Source: Candidatus Paceibacter sp.
GTDB lineage: Bacteria; Patescibacteriota; Patescibacteriia; DYGC01
Assembly (NCBI GenBank): GCA_020724925.1
Contig: DYGC01000001.1
Coordinates: 71,228-111,647 of the forward strand
Reading direction: 5' to 3'
Length of the DNA: 40,420 bases
The notes beneath the pieces were generated by a model that ran no database searches, was not told where the DNA came from, and was given only the letters and a program-made list of their open reading frames with translations. The position numbers were made by a program, and so were the translations under genes. Of this stretch, positions 16,848 through 25,489 are shown in pieces (position 1 is the first letter of the stretch; each line of letters begins with the position of its first letter).

Positions 16848-17831
16848 ATGGTTACGGATAAATTAACATTTGTAGATTTTTGTGCTGGCATTGGAGGTGG
16901 TAGACTTGGTTTACAGAAGCTCGGTTTACATTGTCTGGCCTTTTCTGAAATTGATAAACACGCCGAAAAAACATACAGGGAATTTTTTGGACAAGAAGAG
17001 AAGAATTATGGAGATTTAATGAAAATTAATCCTTTGGATTTGCCGAATTTTGATTTGATGATTGCGGGCTTTCCTTGCCAGACATTTTCTGTTATTGGTC
17101 AAAGAAAGGGAATGGATGATCATAGGGGACAAGTTATTTATGGTTTGATAAAGATCATGAAAGGTAAAAACTTACCATATTTTATTTTGGAGAATGTGAA
17201 AGGGTTGGTTAATCATGATGGCGGCAATTCTTTGAAAGTGATTTTGAGTGAATTGGATCGTGCGGGATATAAGGTTTTTTATAGGGTTTTGAATAGCTTG
17301 GATTACGGCGTTCCTCAAATGAGAGAAAGAATTTATTTTGTTGGTATAAGAAAAGATTTAATTAAAGACAAAACTAAAGACTTTGAGTGGCCTATCCCCA
17401 TTAAAATGCCAAATATTAAAAATTATTTAATTGATGATGGGGAATTAGAGTTTGATGACAAAAAAAGGACTTATAAAACATTTTTAAATTTTATAAATAA
17501 TAAATATAATAAGGGAAAATTTGATACCGAGGAACTTTTGCGACAAGACTACCTGGTATTGGATACTAGGCAATCAGATTTGAGATTGTATAAAGGTAAG
17601 GTTCCAACATTGCGAACCGGTCGTCATGGAATTATTTATGTTCGTAGCGGTAAATTTAGAAGACTTTCTGGTTTGGAGTCTTTGCTTTTACAGGGTTTTC
17701 CGGAAGAATTGGCTAAAAAAGTTAAGGGAAAAATAATGGACATTAAGTTGTTGAGTCAAGCAGGGAATGCTATGACTGTTAGTACTATTGAAGCAGTCGC
17801 TAGAAAATTATTTGAATATATTAAATTATAA
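16848..17831 (+). CDS. DNA (cytosine-5)-methyltransferase
   Basis: 327 aa. Motif I FCAGIGGG, motif IV GFPCQTFS, motif VI ENVKGL, motif VIII QMRERIYFVG, a TL dipeptide in the target-recognition region, and motif X QAGNAM. Confidence 0.9.
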   Translation: MVTDKLTFVDFCAGIGGGRLGLQKLGLHCLAFSEIDKHAEKTYREFFGQEEKNYGDLMKINPLDLPNFDLMIAGFPCQTFSVIGQRKGMDDHRGQVIYGLIKIMKGKNLPYFILENVKGLVNHDGGNSLKVILSELDRAGYKVFYRVLNSLDYGVPQMRERIYFVGIRKDLIKDKTKDFEWPIPIKMPNIKNYLIDDGELEFDDKKRTYKTFLNFINNKYNKGKFDTEELLRQDYLVLDTRQSDLRLYKGKVPTLRTGRHGIIYVRSGKFRRLSGLESLLLQGFPEELAKKVKGKIMDIKLLSQAGNAMTVSTIEAVARKLFEYIKL

Positions 17832-17835
17832 AAAT

Positions 17836-18597
17836 ATGAGTATTGAGAATTTAATAAAAATTGGTTCTAAAACAGCCAAAGGTGGGTTCGAAAATGAAGA
17901 TGATGTAATAGCTCGTTTTAACCAATGGCAGACGGATAGTGTTGCACAAGAGTGGCTTCGTGCGATGAATTATAATGTTTCTAATATTGAATATGTTAAA
18001 GCAGTAAAGGTTCGTGGACAGTATAAGGCTGATGTACAGGTTAGGATTAGAATTATCATAAAACTTAAATCACAAGAAGATGTACAGAATTTGCAAGTGA
18101 AACTCGTTAGTAATTCACAAGGTTTTAATCAGATAGATAAACGGTGGGTTGATAAATATGTTGAGCTTTGGGGTATCCCGGAAGACGTGTCTAGAATTTT
18201 AAAAGTTTTTACGGGGGAAATAAAAACAAAGGGGAAAAAATTGAAAGATTCTCGCAGGGTTCTGTTTTCTGAAATGGACAATAATAGTCAAAGTAAGGTC
18301 ATTAAATTTTTTGAAGATAATAAAATTTTAGTTGTTTCTGATATATTGAAGGGGCGGGGCGAATTTTCTGCTGATTGGGTTCTTGTTATTGCTAAAGTGG
18401 ATGGCGATAGTATGTGGGTTTTAAAATCTATTAATGAAGTGATGAATTTTTTTGGAGGGGGCGATGTTAGGATTACCAGGCAGGGGAGTTTGAAGATTGG
18501 TAAAATTGGAATGCAAAGAAAAGGGGGGGATGGTGGCAGGAACACTGCTAATATGCTTCAGTTTAAAATTAACCCAATGGAACTTTTTAACAATTAA
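17836..18597 (+). CDS. Type II restriction endonuclease, HinP1I/MspI-like
   Basis: I use the ATG at 17836 (MSIENLIKIGSKTAKGGFENE), 4 nt after the methyltransferase stop. It has a D-X20-Q-X-K arrangement (KADVQV...NLQVKLVSN), close to the SD-X18-Q-X-K catalytic motif reported for HinP1I. The C-terminal RKGGDGGRNTANMLQFKINPMELF matches my recollection of that family. Not verified by search. Confidence 0.6.
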   Translation: MSIENLIKIGSKTAKGGFENEDDVIARFNQWQTDSVAQEWLRAMNYNVSNIEYVKAVKVRGQYKADVQVRIRIIIKLKSQEDVQNLQVKLVSNSQGFNQIDKRWVDKYVELWGIPEDVSRILKVFTGEIKTKGKKLKDSRRVLFSEMDNNSQSKVIKFFEDNKILVVSDILKGRGEFSADWVLVIAKVDGDSMWVLKSINEVMNFFGGGDVRITRQGSLKIGKIGMQRKGGDGGRNTANMLQFKINPMELFNN

Positions 18598-18687
18598 TTT
18601 TAGATCCTTTGTGGAGGGGGATTTTTTATTTGCCAAAAATATTTATAAAATGATAAGATTGGAATAATAAAAAAATAAGAATTTCTT

Positions 18688-20118
18688 ATGCGTTTATTTA
18701 ATAGCGTCAGCCGAAAAAAAGAAGATTTTGTACCTTTGAAACCGGGGGCGGTGGGGATCTATGCTTGTGGGCCGACGGTTTATCACTATGCACATATTGG
18801 TAATTTGCGGGCTTATATTTTTGAGGATATTTTGCGTCGGGTTTTAGAGATGAATGCTTATCAAGTTAAGCATGTAACAAATTTGACTGACGTGGGGCAT
18901 TTGACTGATGATGGTGATGCCGGTGAAGATAAGATGGAAAAAGCTAAACGACGTGAAGGAAAAAACAGTTGGGAAATCGCCGAATATTATATTGATGCCT
19001 TAAAGAAGGATTGGCAATCTTTGAATTTAAAAGAACCATTTGCACGACCACGTGCCACCGCTTATATTGATGAGCAAATTGAGATTGTGAAAATTTTAGA
19101 AAAGAAGGGATATACTTATAAAATCTCTGATGGAATTTATTTTGATACTTCCAAGATTAAAGATTATGGAAAAATCGCGATGTTGGATGTGGAAAATTTG
19201 CAGGCCGGAGCACGCGTGGAAATCAATCCGGAAAAGAAAAATAAAACCGATTTTGCTTTGTGGAAATTTTCTCCTAAGGATTCTAAACGTGATATGGAAT
19301 GGGATAGTCCTTGGGGCGTGGGTTTTCCCGGTTGGCACACTGAATGTTTGGCCATGTCTTTGCATTTATTAAACGGACACAAAGATTATGAGCATAGCGA
19401 ACCGTTTGATATTCATTGTGGCGGAGCAGATCTTTTGCCAGTGCATCACACCAATGAAATTGCTCAATCCGAAGCACTTGCCGGACATAAATTGGCTGAA
19501 TATTGGTTGCATAATGAGTTCGTGGTTTTGGCCGGTGACGCTAAGATGTCTAAGTCTTCAGGTAATTTTTTTACTTTGAGTTCATTGGAAGAAATGGGTT
19601 ATCATCCTTTATCTTATCGTTATTTGTGTTTGGGTAGTCATTATCGTAGTAAATTGAATTTCAGTGTGCAGGCACTAGAAGGAGCACAACGTGCTTATAT
19701 GAAAATTTTAAATTACATGGCGTTACCTACTAAAGAAAAAGGTAAGGTTAATCAAAAATATGGTCGTTTGTTTAGTGATGCTTTAAATGATGATTTGAAC
19801 GTGCCAAAAGGATTAGCTGTGGTTTGGGATTTATTAAAAAATGAGGATGTCTCTTTGGCTGACACCCAAGCAACTTTATTGAGTTGGGACGCGGTTTTGG
19901 GTTTGCGTTTACATGAAGCTAAGCAAGTGTTGCAAGAAATTGATGAGTTGCAGACCGTTCCTGATAATGTTAAAGAATTGGCGGAAAAACGTTGGCAAGC
20001 CAAGAAAGCTCGAAATTGGGAAGAGGCCGATTCTTATCGGGATCAAGTTTTATCTTTGGGTTTTGTAATAGAAGATATGGCTGATAATTATAAGATTAAG
20101 AAAAATTATGGTGAATAA
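18688..20118 (+). CDS. cysS: Cysteine--tRNA ligase
   Basis: 476 aa. Motifs: CGPTVYHYAHIGN (HIGH), GWHTEC, KMSKSSGN. Confidence 0.95.
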   Translation: MRLFNSVSRKKEDFVPLKPGAVGIYACGPTVYHYAHIGNLRAYIFEDILRRVLEMNAYQVKHVTNLTDVGHLTDDGDAGEDKMEKAKRREGKNSWEIAEYYIDALKKDWQSLNLKEPFARPRATAYIDEQIEIVKILEKKGYTYKISDGIYFDTSKIKDYGKIAMLDVENLQAGARVEINPEKKNKTDFALWKFSPKDSKRDMEWDSPWGVGFPGWHTECLAMSLHLLNGHKDYEHSEPFDIHCGGADLLPVHHTNEIAQSEALAGHKLAEYWLHNEFVVLAGDAKMSKSSGNFFTLSSLEEMGYHPLSYRYLCLGSHYRSKLNFSVQALEGAQRAYMKILNYMALPTKEKGKVNQKYGRLFSDALNDDLNVPKGLAVVWDLLKNEDVSLADTQATLLSWDAVLGLRLHEAKQVLQEIDELQTVPDNVKELAEKRWQAKKARNWEEADSYRDQVLSLGFVIEDMADNYKIKKNYGE

Positions 20119-21055
20119 AAAGAAACCGTTTTTGGTTTTGTGTCCGATGGCCGGTTTGACCGATTCTCCGTTTCGACAATTGTGTCGCGAGTGGGGGGCC
20201 GACCGTGTTTATTCGGAAATGATTAGCGTCGACGCTTTATTTTATAAATTTAAAAAGAACGAAGAGTTTTATCGTTTTCAGCCGGCAGAGCGTCCGGTAG
20301 TTTTGCAATTGTTCGGTCATAAACCAAAATTGTTTTTTGAGGCGACCAAAAAATTGGCAGAGTCGGCTTATCGTCCTGATGGTTTTGATATTAACTTTGG
20401 TTGTCCAGCCAAGAAAGTCGTGCATACCGGTAATGGCGTGGCTTTGATGCGCAAACCGGAATTGGCACGGGAAATTGTTGCCGCTACTATCTTAGCCGCC
20501 GACAAGGTGCCGGTGTCCATTAAAATTCGTGCTGGTAACGGTGATATGACCGCTTTGAAATTTTTGGAATCATTGGCTGATCTTTCTTGGAAAACCGTGA
20601 TGATTCATGGGAGAACTTATGAGCAGGGTTTTGCTGGCAAGGCTGATTGGTCACTGGCGAAACAAATTAAAAAAATTTATCCGGATAAGGAGGTAATCGT
20701 GAATGGTGGAATCATGACGCCGGAGGATGCGTACGCGGCGTGGCAGGAATCCGAGGCGGACGGTTTAGGCTTGGGGCAGGGGATTATCGGTAAGCCGTGG
20801 TTGTTCGCACAAATTAAGGATTATTTTGAAACTAAAAAATACGCTGATTTAAATTTGGAACAAATTAAAACGGTAGCACGTTATCATTTGCAAGCTTTGG
20901 TTGAAGACAAGGGGGAATCAAGTATCATTATTTTAAGAAAACATTTGGCTTGGTATTTTAAAGGATTTCCCGGTGCGGCGCAGTGGCGAGATAAGTTGGT
21001 GCGAGTATCAACGGTAAAAGAGGTGTTGGATGTTTTGGATGGAATGAATGATTAA
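20108..21055 (+). CDS. dus: tRNA-dihydrouridine synthase
   Basis: 315 aa. Motifs: LCPMAGLTDSPFRQLCREWGA, INFGCPAKKV, HGRT. Overlaps cysS by 11 nt. Confidence 0.9.
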   Translation: MVNKKKPFLVLCPMAGLTDSPFRQLCREWGADRVYSEMISVDALFYKFKKNEEFYRFQPAERPVVLQLFGHKPKLFFEATKKLAESAYRPDGFDINFGCPAKKVVHTGNGVALMRKPELAREIVAATILAADKVPVSIKIRAGNGDMTALKFLESLADLSWKTVMIHGRTYEQGFAGKADWSLAKQIKKIYPDKEVIVNGGIMTPEDAYAAWQESEADGLGLGQGIIGKPWLFAQIKDYFETKKYADLNLEQIKTVARYHLQALVEDKGESSIIILRKHLAWYFKGFPGAAQWRDKLVRVSTVKEVLDVLDGMND

Positions 21056-21065
21056 AATTTCTATA

Positions 21066-21098
21066 ATAAAAATACCCGCTTTCGTGCGGGGTTTTTTA
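21066..21098. terminator. Bidirectional rho-independent terminator between dus (+) and corA (-)
   Basis: aaaaatACCCGCtttcgtGCGGGGtttttt. Confidence 0.75.
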
Positions 21099-21119
21099 TT
21101 AAAAGAATTTTTGTATTCA

Positions 21120-22076
21120 TCAATCCAGCCATTTTTTAAATTTATAATAAATCAGGGTGATGCTGGTGATAAATAACATTGCGGCAATTACCATTAGAAA
21201 ACCATTTTCAGAATTCATAAATGGCATCCCTTTAACAGTGTTCATGCCAAAAACGGAAGCGATTACCGATAACGGCAATAAGGTAGCGGAAATCGTGGTT
21301 AAACGCTTCATTGTTTCATTGGTATTGTGTGCCAAGAGAGAGGAGTGCGTGTCGTACAAGGCAGTAATATTTTCTTTGTAGTTTTCGGCGTCATCGTGAA
21401 TATCTTTGGCAAAGCTGATAGCACTTTGAAATTTATTTGATTCTTTGTCGGAAACGGTGCAATAATTTCCTAAATTTTTATTTAATCTTTCCAGAATGGT
21501 GCGATGTGGTCTCATCAACTTATTAAAAGCAATGATGTTATTTTTTACTTTTAGAATTTCTTGAATTGATTGTTTTTGTCCGTGGTTGGCAAATAAATAT
21601 TTGTTTACTTCTTGCGTGTCTAAATTGAAATGATTTAAAATGGGAAAACAGTAATTGTATAAATTGTGAATCGTTTCGGTCAGTGTTTCGATCGGATCTT
21701 CATCAAGGTATTCCTTTTTCATGGCCGGACTGTTTTTTAGCATAAAGAAAAATTTTCCTAAAACGTCGATTTTCCCTTCTTCGATGGTTACTAAAAAATC
21801 TTTGCCAATAAAAAAATCAAATTCGGTTGGATTGATAGTTTTTGTTTCTCGGTCATAATATGGGAAAAGCAAAATCATGAAAAGATAGGAACTGTGAGTG
21901 ACCAATTTGCTACGTTGCAAGGGAGGCGCACTGTCACGTAAGTCAGCCGGATCAAACTGAAAATTACGACCCAAGTATTTAAGGGCTTTGGGACTTGGTT
22001 TGGAAATGTGAATCCAGGTAAAATTGGCACTGCTAAGGGTGTTTACCAATTCCAATTTTTGTTTTTTTGTTTTCAT
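21120..22076 (-). CDS. corA: CorA-family magnesium/cobalt transporter
   Basis: 318 aa. Cytoplasmic N-terminal domain, two C-terminal TM helices and a GMN motif (VFGMNTVKGMPF). Confidence 0.85.
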   Translation of the reverse strand: MKTKKQKLELVNTLSSANFTWIHISKPSPKALKYLGRNFQFDPADLRDSAPPLQRSKLVTHSSYLFMILLFPYYDRETKTINPTEFDFFIGKDFLVTIEEGKIDVLGKFFFMLKNSPAMKKEYLDEDPIETLTETIHNLYNYCFPILNHFNLDTQEVNKYLFANHGQKQSIQEILKVKNNIIAFNKLMRPHRTILERLNKNLGNYCTVSDKESNKFQSAISFAKDIHDDAENYKENITALYDTHSSLLAHNTNETMKRLTTISATLLPLSVIASVFGMNTVKGMPFMNSENGFLMVIAAMLFITSITLIYYKFKKWLD

Positions 22077-22102
22077 ATTTGGTTTGCTTTTTTCCGCTTT
22101 TC

Positions 22103-22111
22103 ATTATATCA
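22103..22111 (-). promoter_or_regulatory. Candidate extended -10 (TGATATAAT) for corA
   Basis: The reverse complement of 22103-22111 reads TGATATAAT, about 27 nt upstream of the corA ATG. Confidence 0.4.
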
Positions 22112-22140
22112 TAATTTTGATAAAAAAGAAGTTTTTCTTT

Positions 22141-22488
22141 ATGTTGGATGTCATTTATGAGGAAAATCGGCCCTGGGGAAATTTTCGCCAATTTTGTTTA
22201 AATTCTAAAGTGACCGTTAAAATATTGACTGTCAAAGCGAATTCTATTTTGAGTTTGCAGTATCACACACAACGTAGTGAGTTTTGGAGAGTAGTGAAAG
22301 GCGAAGGTTTTGTCGTGAGAAATGATGAAGAAATTCCCGCGCAAGAAGGTGACGAATTTTTTATTCCGCAAGGGACGAATCATCGTTTGAAAACCGGTGA
22401 TAAGGAAATGCAAGTTTTGGAAATTTCTTTTGGTAATTTTGATGAGAATGATATTGTGCGATTGGAAGATAATTATGGGAGACGGTAG
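22141..22488 (+). CDS. Cupin-domain protein (mannose-6-phosphate isomerase type II C-terminal-domain-like)
   Basis: I use the internal ATG at 22141, because the 22024 start would run antisense over the corA 5' end. Motifs: RPWGNFRQF, SLQYHTQRSEFWRVVKG, FIPQGTNHRL. Confidence 0.75.
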   Translation: MLDVIYEENRPWGNFRQFCLNSKVTVKILTVKANSILSLQYHTQRSEFWRVVKGEGFVVRNDEEIPAQEGDEFFIPQGTNHRLKTGDKEMQVLEISFGNFDENDIVRLEDNYGRR

Positions 22489-22497
22489 TCGGCGTTT

Positions 22498-22617
22498 GTC
22501 ATCCTGCCCCTGGATTAAGTCCGGGGTGTTTTAGTATAAGGGGGTTTTCTGTCATCCTGAAATTGTCTTGGGGGCAGGGTTTCTGTCATCTTGAACTTGT
22601 TTTGGGGCAGGGGTTAT
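22498..22617 (+). repeat. Tandem array of GTCATCCTG-containing units (~34-nt period)
   Basis: gtcatcctgCCCCTGGattaagtCCGGGG..., then ctgtcatcctgaaattgtcttgggggcagggttt / ctgtcatcttgaacttgttttggggcaggggttat, leading into copy B of the composite element. Confidence 0.6.
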
Positions 22618-22725
22618 GTCATCCTGAACTTGTTTCAGGATCCCTTAATTAATCCTTATTGTTTTCTCCGTCATTTAAGGAATGAAGAGTTTATTGGAGA
22701 GATCCTGAAACAAGTTCAGGATGAC
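22618..22725. mobile_element. MITE-like composite palindromic element, copy B (108 bp)
   Basis: Aligns end to end with 12678-12789, differing only by a few substitutions and a small indel in the central hairpin. The inverted repeat extends into the flanks here (ggggttat...ataacccc). Confidence 0.6.
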
Positions 22726-22796
22726 ATAACCCCATTATTTTCAGGATGACACTCACACAGTCTCATTCCCCCACATTTTTCTTGTTTTAAATTTTC

Positions 22797-22805
22797 TGCT
22801 ATAAT
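22797..22805 (+). promoter_or_regulatory. Candidate extended -10 (TGCTATAAT) for the ABC exporter gene
   Basis: TGCTATAAT ends 9 nt before the ATG at 22815, which implies a very short or absent leader. Confidence 0.45.
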
Positions 22806-22814
22806 CATTTCAAT

Positions 22815-24617
22815 ATGGGGAAAAATAAAAATACAAAATCAAAGATTTCCATTTTTAAATTGGTGTTTTTTGTTTTAAAAGAATTTTGGAAACAAAATCC
22901 GTGGTTTTATTTTTTCTTAATAGTGGTTATTTTTTTAGTGGCAATGTTGCCGTCCTTGGAACAGTTTGCGATCGGGCGAGTGATTGATCGTTTTGTGGAA
23001 ATGGCTGTAAGTGGACTTGGTTGGACTAGCACGGCGTGGTGGAGTTTATTGTCTTTAGTTGGGGTGTTTATTCTAACGGCTTTTGTCTATCGCTTGGAAA
23101 CTTTCATGCATCAGATGGATAGTAGTTTGAGTAATTTGTATTTGGACAAGATTGCTGCTTTTCCAATTTTTTTGGAAAGTGAGCCACAAAATATGGAAGA
23201 TCCGGATTTTGTATATAAATTTAGTAAGGTGCAACATAATGTTTGGCGTTTAAATCGGATTTTTTTTGATGTTTTGGAAATTGTTGCCAAGGGGGTGGCT
23301 ACAGTGGTGGTGGCGGTTTTATTGATTTCATTTAGTCCGTTGTTGGTGGTATTTTTGTTGGCTGCGGTGATTCCGGGGGCAATTGTATCTTATGTTTATG
23401 GTAAGCGCGTTTGGTCGATTTGGGATTTATCAGGTGCCAAGAAAATTTTGTACACATCTTATCGCTGGTCTTTATATCATGAGGATTTGGATAGTTTTCA
23501 AGAAATGAAAGTCAATGATTATGGTCCATATTTGATGGAGCGGGCTAATCATTATCATTATTTATTTATTAATGAGTTGATTCGTAATGAGAAAAAGCGT
23601 CTTTATTCAGAATTGTTTGCCGGTATTTTTGAAAATGTAGCGATGGGGGCAGTGTTATATTTGGTTTTGAGTTTGTTCTTGGGAGGTGCGATTACCGTTG
23701 GTACTTTTTACTTTATTTATGGTTTATTGTTATCTTTTCGTGTGTACAGTCAAGGTTTGTTGCGGCGCGTGGTGGCGGTGCAGGCTGATAAAAATTATTT
23801 GGAAACTTTTTATGAATTGCGTCACCAAAAAAGAAAAATCGTTCCCGGCCACATTCAGTTGGATAACAAGCAACCTTTGAGTATTGAATTTAAAAATGTT
23901 TCTTTCAAATATCCGAAAACCAATAAGTGGGTTTTTCAGGGTTTGAGTTTTAAGGTGTCAGCCGATGATGATGTGGCGATTGTTGGACAAAATGGTGCCG
24001 GCAAAACCACTTTGATCAAATTGTTGTTGCGTATTTATGATCCGAATAAAGGAAAGATTTTGGTTAATGGTCATGATTTGAAAAAATTGGATTTGGATGC
24101 TTATTACAAATTGTTGGGTTTGTTGTTTCAATCATTTTCCAAGCCGAGCGTGAAGGTGGAGGAAAATATTTATTTGGGAAATATTCACCGTAAATTTAAT
24201 CTTGAAGAAATTAAAGACGCGGCACGCAAAGCCGAGGCTGATGGTTTTATTGAGAAATATCCTCATCAATATGAAACTTTTTTGAACAAGGAAATGAAAG
24301 GAGGAATTTTGCCGTCGGGTGGGCAGTGGCAACGTTTGGCAATCGCCCGCGTTTTTTTCAAAAAGCCTAAGTTGATGATTTTGGATGAGCCAACCAGCGC
24401 TATTGATGCCTTGGCCGAAGAACAAATTTTTAACAATTTGTATGAATATGGCAAGGATACGACGATGTTGTTTATTTCACATCGTTTTGCTACCGTGCGC
24501 AAAGCCAAACGCATTATTGTGATCGAAAATGGTCGCATTGTGGAGCAAGGTGAACATGATGAATTGATGGTCAATGATGGTTTGTATGCCAAAATGTATC
24601 AGGCCCAGCAATCATAA
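22815..24617 (+). CDS. ABC transporter, fused permease/ATP-binding protein (exporter type)
   Basis: 600 aa. N-terminal 6-TM region. Walker A GQNGAGKTT, signature SGGQWQRLAIAR, Walker B LMILDEPTSAID. Confidence 0.9.
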   Translation: MGKNKNTKSKISIFKLVFFVLKEFWKQNPWFYFFLIVVIFLVAMLPSLEQFAIGRVIDRFVEMAVSGLGWTSTAWWSLLSLVGVFILTAFVYRLETFMHQMDSSLSNLYLDKIAAFPIFLESEPQNMEDPDFVYKFSKVQHNVWRLNRIFFDVLEIVAKGVATVVVAVLLISFSPLLVVFLLAAVIPGAIVSYVYGKRVWSIWDLSGAKKILYTSYRWSLYHEDLDSFQEMKVNDYGPYLMERANHYHYLFINELIRNEKKRLYSELFAGIFENVAMGAVLYLVLSLFLGGAITVGTFYFIYGLLLSFRVYSQGLLRRVVAVQADKNYLETFYELRHQKRKIVPGHIQLDNKQPLSIEFKNVSFKYPKTNKWVFQGLSFKVSADDDVAIVGQNGAGKTTLIKLLLRIYDPNKGKILVNGHDLKKLDLDAYYKLLGLLFQSFSKPSVKVEENIYLGNIHRKFNLEEIKDAARKAEADGFIEKYPHQYETFLNKEMKGGILPSGGQWQRLAIARVFFKKPKLMILDEPTSAIDALAEEQIFNNLYEYGKDTTMLFISHRFATVRKAKRIIVIENGRIVEQGEHDELMVNDGLYAKMYQAQQS

Positions 24618-24647
24618 ACTTGAAAGCTTTGTTATTTTTCTATTTTT

Positions 24648-24656
24648 TGCTATAAT
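24648..24656 (+). promoter_or_regulatory. Candidate extended -10 (TGCTATAAT) with no ORF immediately downstream
   Basis: Same 9-mer as at 15653, 22797 and 35778. It is followed by a long hairpin rather than a start codon. Confidence 0.4.
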
Positions 24657-24662
24657 AGTTTT

Positions 24663-24717
24663 AACGCGGTCACTGGCACCCTATTATCACTATAAAGGGG
24701 CACGGCCATACCGCGTT
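24663..24717 (+). ncRNA. Candidate small structured RNA / 5' leader hairpin (unclassified)
   Basis: AACGCGGT (24663-24670) pairs perfectly with ACCGCGTT (24710-24717). Inner TGGC/GCCA stem at 24674-24677/24705-24708. Begins about 7 nt after the candidate -10. No known RNA family recognised. Confidence 0.3.
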
Positions 24718-24767
24718 ACATGAGGACATCAAGAAATTGGTGTTTTTTTGTTTTTAAAAATATTTTG

Positions 24768-24776
24768 TGATAAAAT
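24768..24776 (+). promoter_or_regulatory. Candidate extended -10 (TGATAAAAT) for the zinc-ribbon ORF array
   Basis: Ends 24 nt upstream of the ATG at 24801. Confidence 0.35.
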
Positions 24777-24800
24777 CTTTTTTATCAAAGGAGGTTTCAA

Positions 24801-25115
24801 ATGGTAAAACATAACATCGATCTTCGTCAGTGTATGTATTGTGGCGGGAAGTTTAGTTTAGGGGAATTTAGTGGCACTTGTCCCAAGTGTTTGGTGGAAC
24901 TGGAAGCGAATGAAATTTTGGGAGCCAACGATCCGCCGGTATTTGCTGTTTTGTCCAAGAAAAAGTTTGATCGGTCTGTGGCCAATACCGAACTTTTGTG
25001 TCGAAAATGCAAAAATCCGTTTGCTTCTTGGGAGCCGTTCAGCTTGCCCCAAAATGTTTTTTGCCAAGATTGCTCGCCTGAAGAAAAGGTGGGGAGGCGA
25101 AATCGGTGGTGGTGA
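24801..25115 (+). CDS. Small zinc-ribbon protein Z1 (two CxxC...CxxC pairs), hypothetical
   Basis: 104 aa. AAGGAGG at 24788-24794, 6 nt before the ATG. Cys pairs: CMYC...CPKC and CRKC...CQDC. Confidence 0.6.
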   Translation: MVKHNIDLRQCMYCGGKFSLGEFSGTCPKCLVELEANEILGANDPPVFAVLSKKKFDRSVANTELLCRKCKNPFASWEPFSLPQNVFCQDCSPEEKVGRRNRWW

Positions 25116-25182
25116 GTCACAGCTGGTCTTTACAAAAACAAAACTTCGTGTTATTGTAAGGACAAAGGAAGGAGGTGCCGTT

Positions 25183-25425
25183 ATGGTGTCCTTATCCCAT
25201 AAACGAGCACGAAAAACCGCTATTTGTCCGCTTTGTGGCGAGACGAGTTGGCGGAGGGGTAATAATTTGATGCCGTTACGGCTTTTCCCCGCGAACAAAG
25301 ATTTGTTGGGGGAGAGTCGTTTGGTCAATATTTGCCCGGCTTGTTTGGCACAGCTTTTGGCTGTTGCCGAAGACAAGCGTTGGCTGTTCTATCTGGAGTG
25401 GCTGTATGCCAAAAACCAGCTCTAG
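25183..25425 (+). CDS. Small zinc-ribbon protein Z2, hypothetical (paralog of Z3)
   Basis: 80 aa from an internal ATG of the 24871 ORF. AAGGAGG at 25169-25175, 7 nt before the ATG. CPLC...CPAC followed by LLAVAEDKRW. Confidence 0.6.
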   Translation: MVSLSHKRARKTAICPLCGETSWRRGNNLMPLRLFPANKDLLGESRLVNICPACLAQLLAVAEDKRWLFYLEWLYAKNQL

Positions 25426-25489
25426 ACAGCGAGGGTAATTCACGAAACACCACGGCTTTTTAAAGGCCGTAAGAAATAGGAGGTTTTGA

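Noticed and set aside
18598-18687. T-box or other riboswitch upstream of cysS, and likewise upstream of leuS at 25974-26258
   Set aside because: The cysS leader is only ~90 nt and AT-rich. Neither region contains the conserved T-box sequence or a specifier/antiterminator arrangement that I could recognise. The leuS region is explained by two family hairpins.
16710-18687. GCGC site avoidance as support for the predicted R-M specificity
   Set aside because: GCGC tetranucleotides are readily found across the window (for example 6106-6109). I cannot compute observed/expected ratios by eye, so no claim is made.
22498-22750. Possible CRISPR array, because of regularly spaced repeats (also 12790-12857)
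   Set aside because: The units are 23-34 nt in total with only ~10-20 nt of variable sequence, and that variable part is itself related between units. The repeats are degenerate. There are no cas genes and no leader. The pattern fits REP/MITE-type palindromic elements instead.
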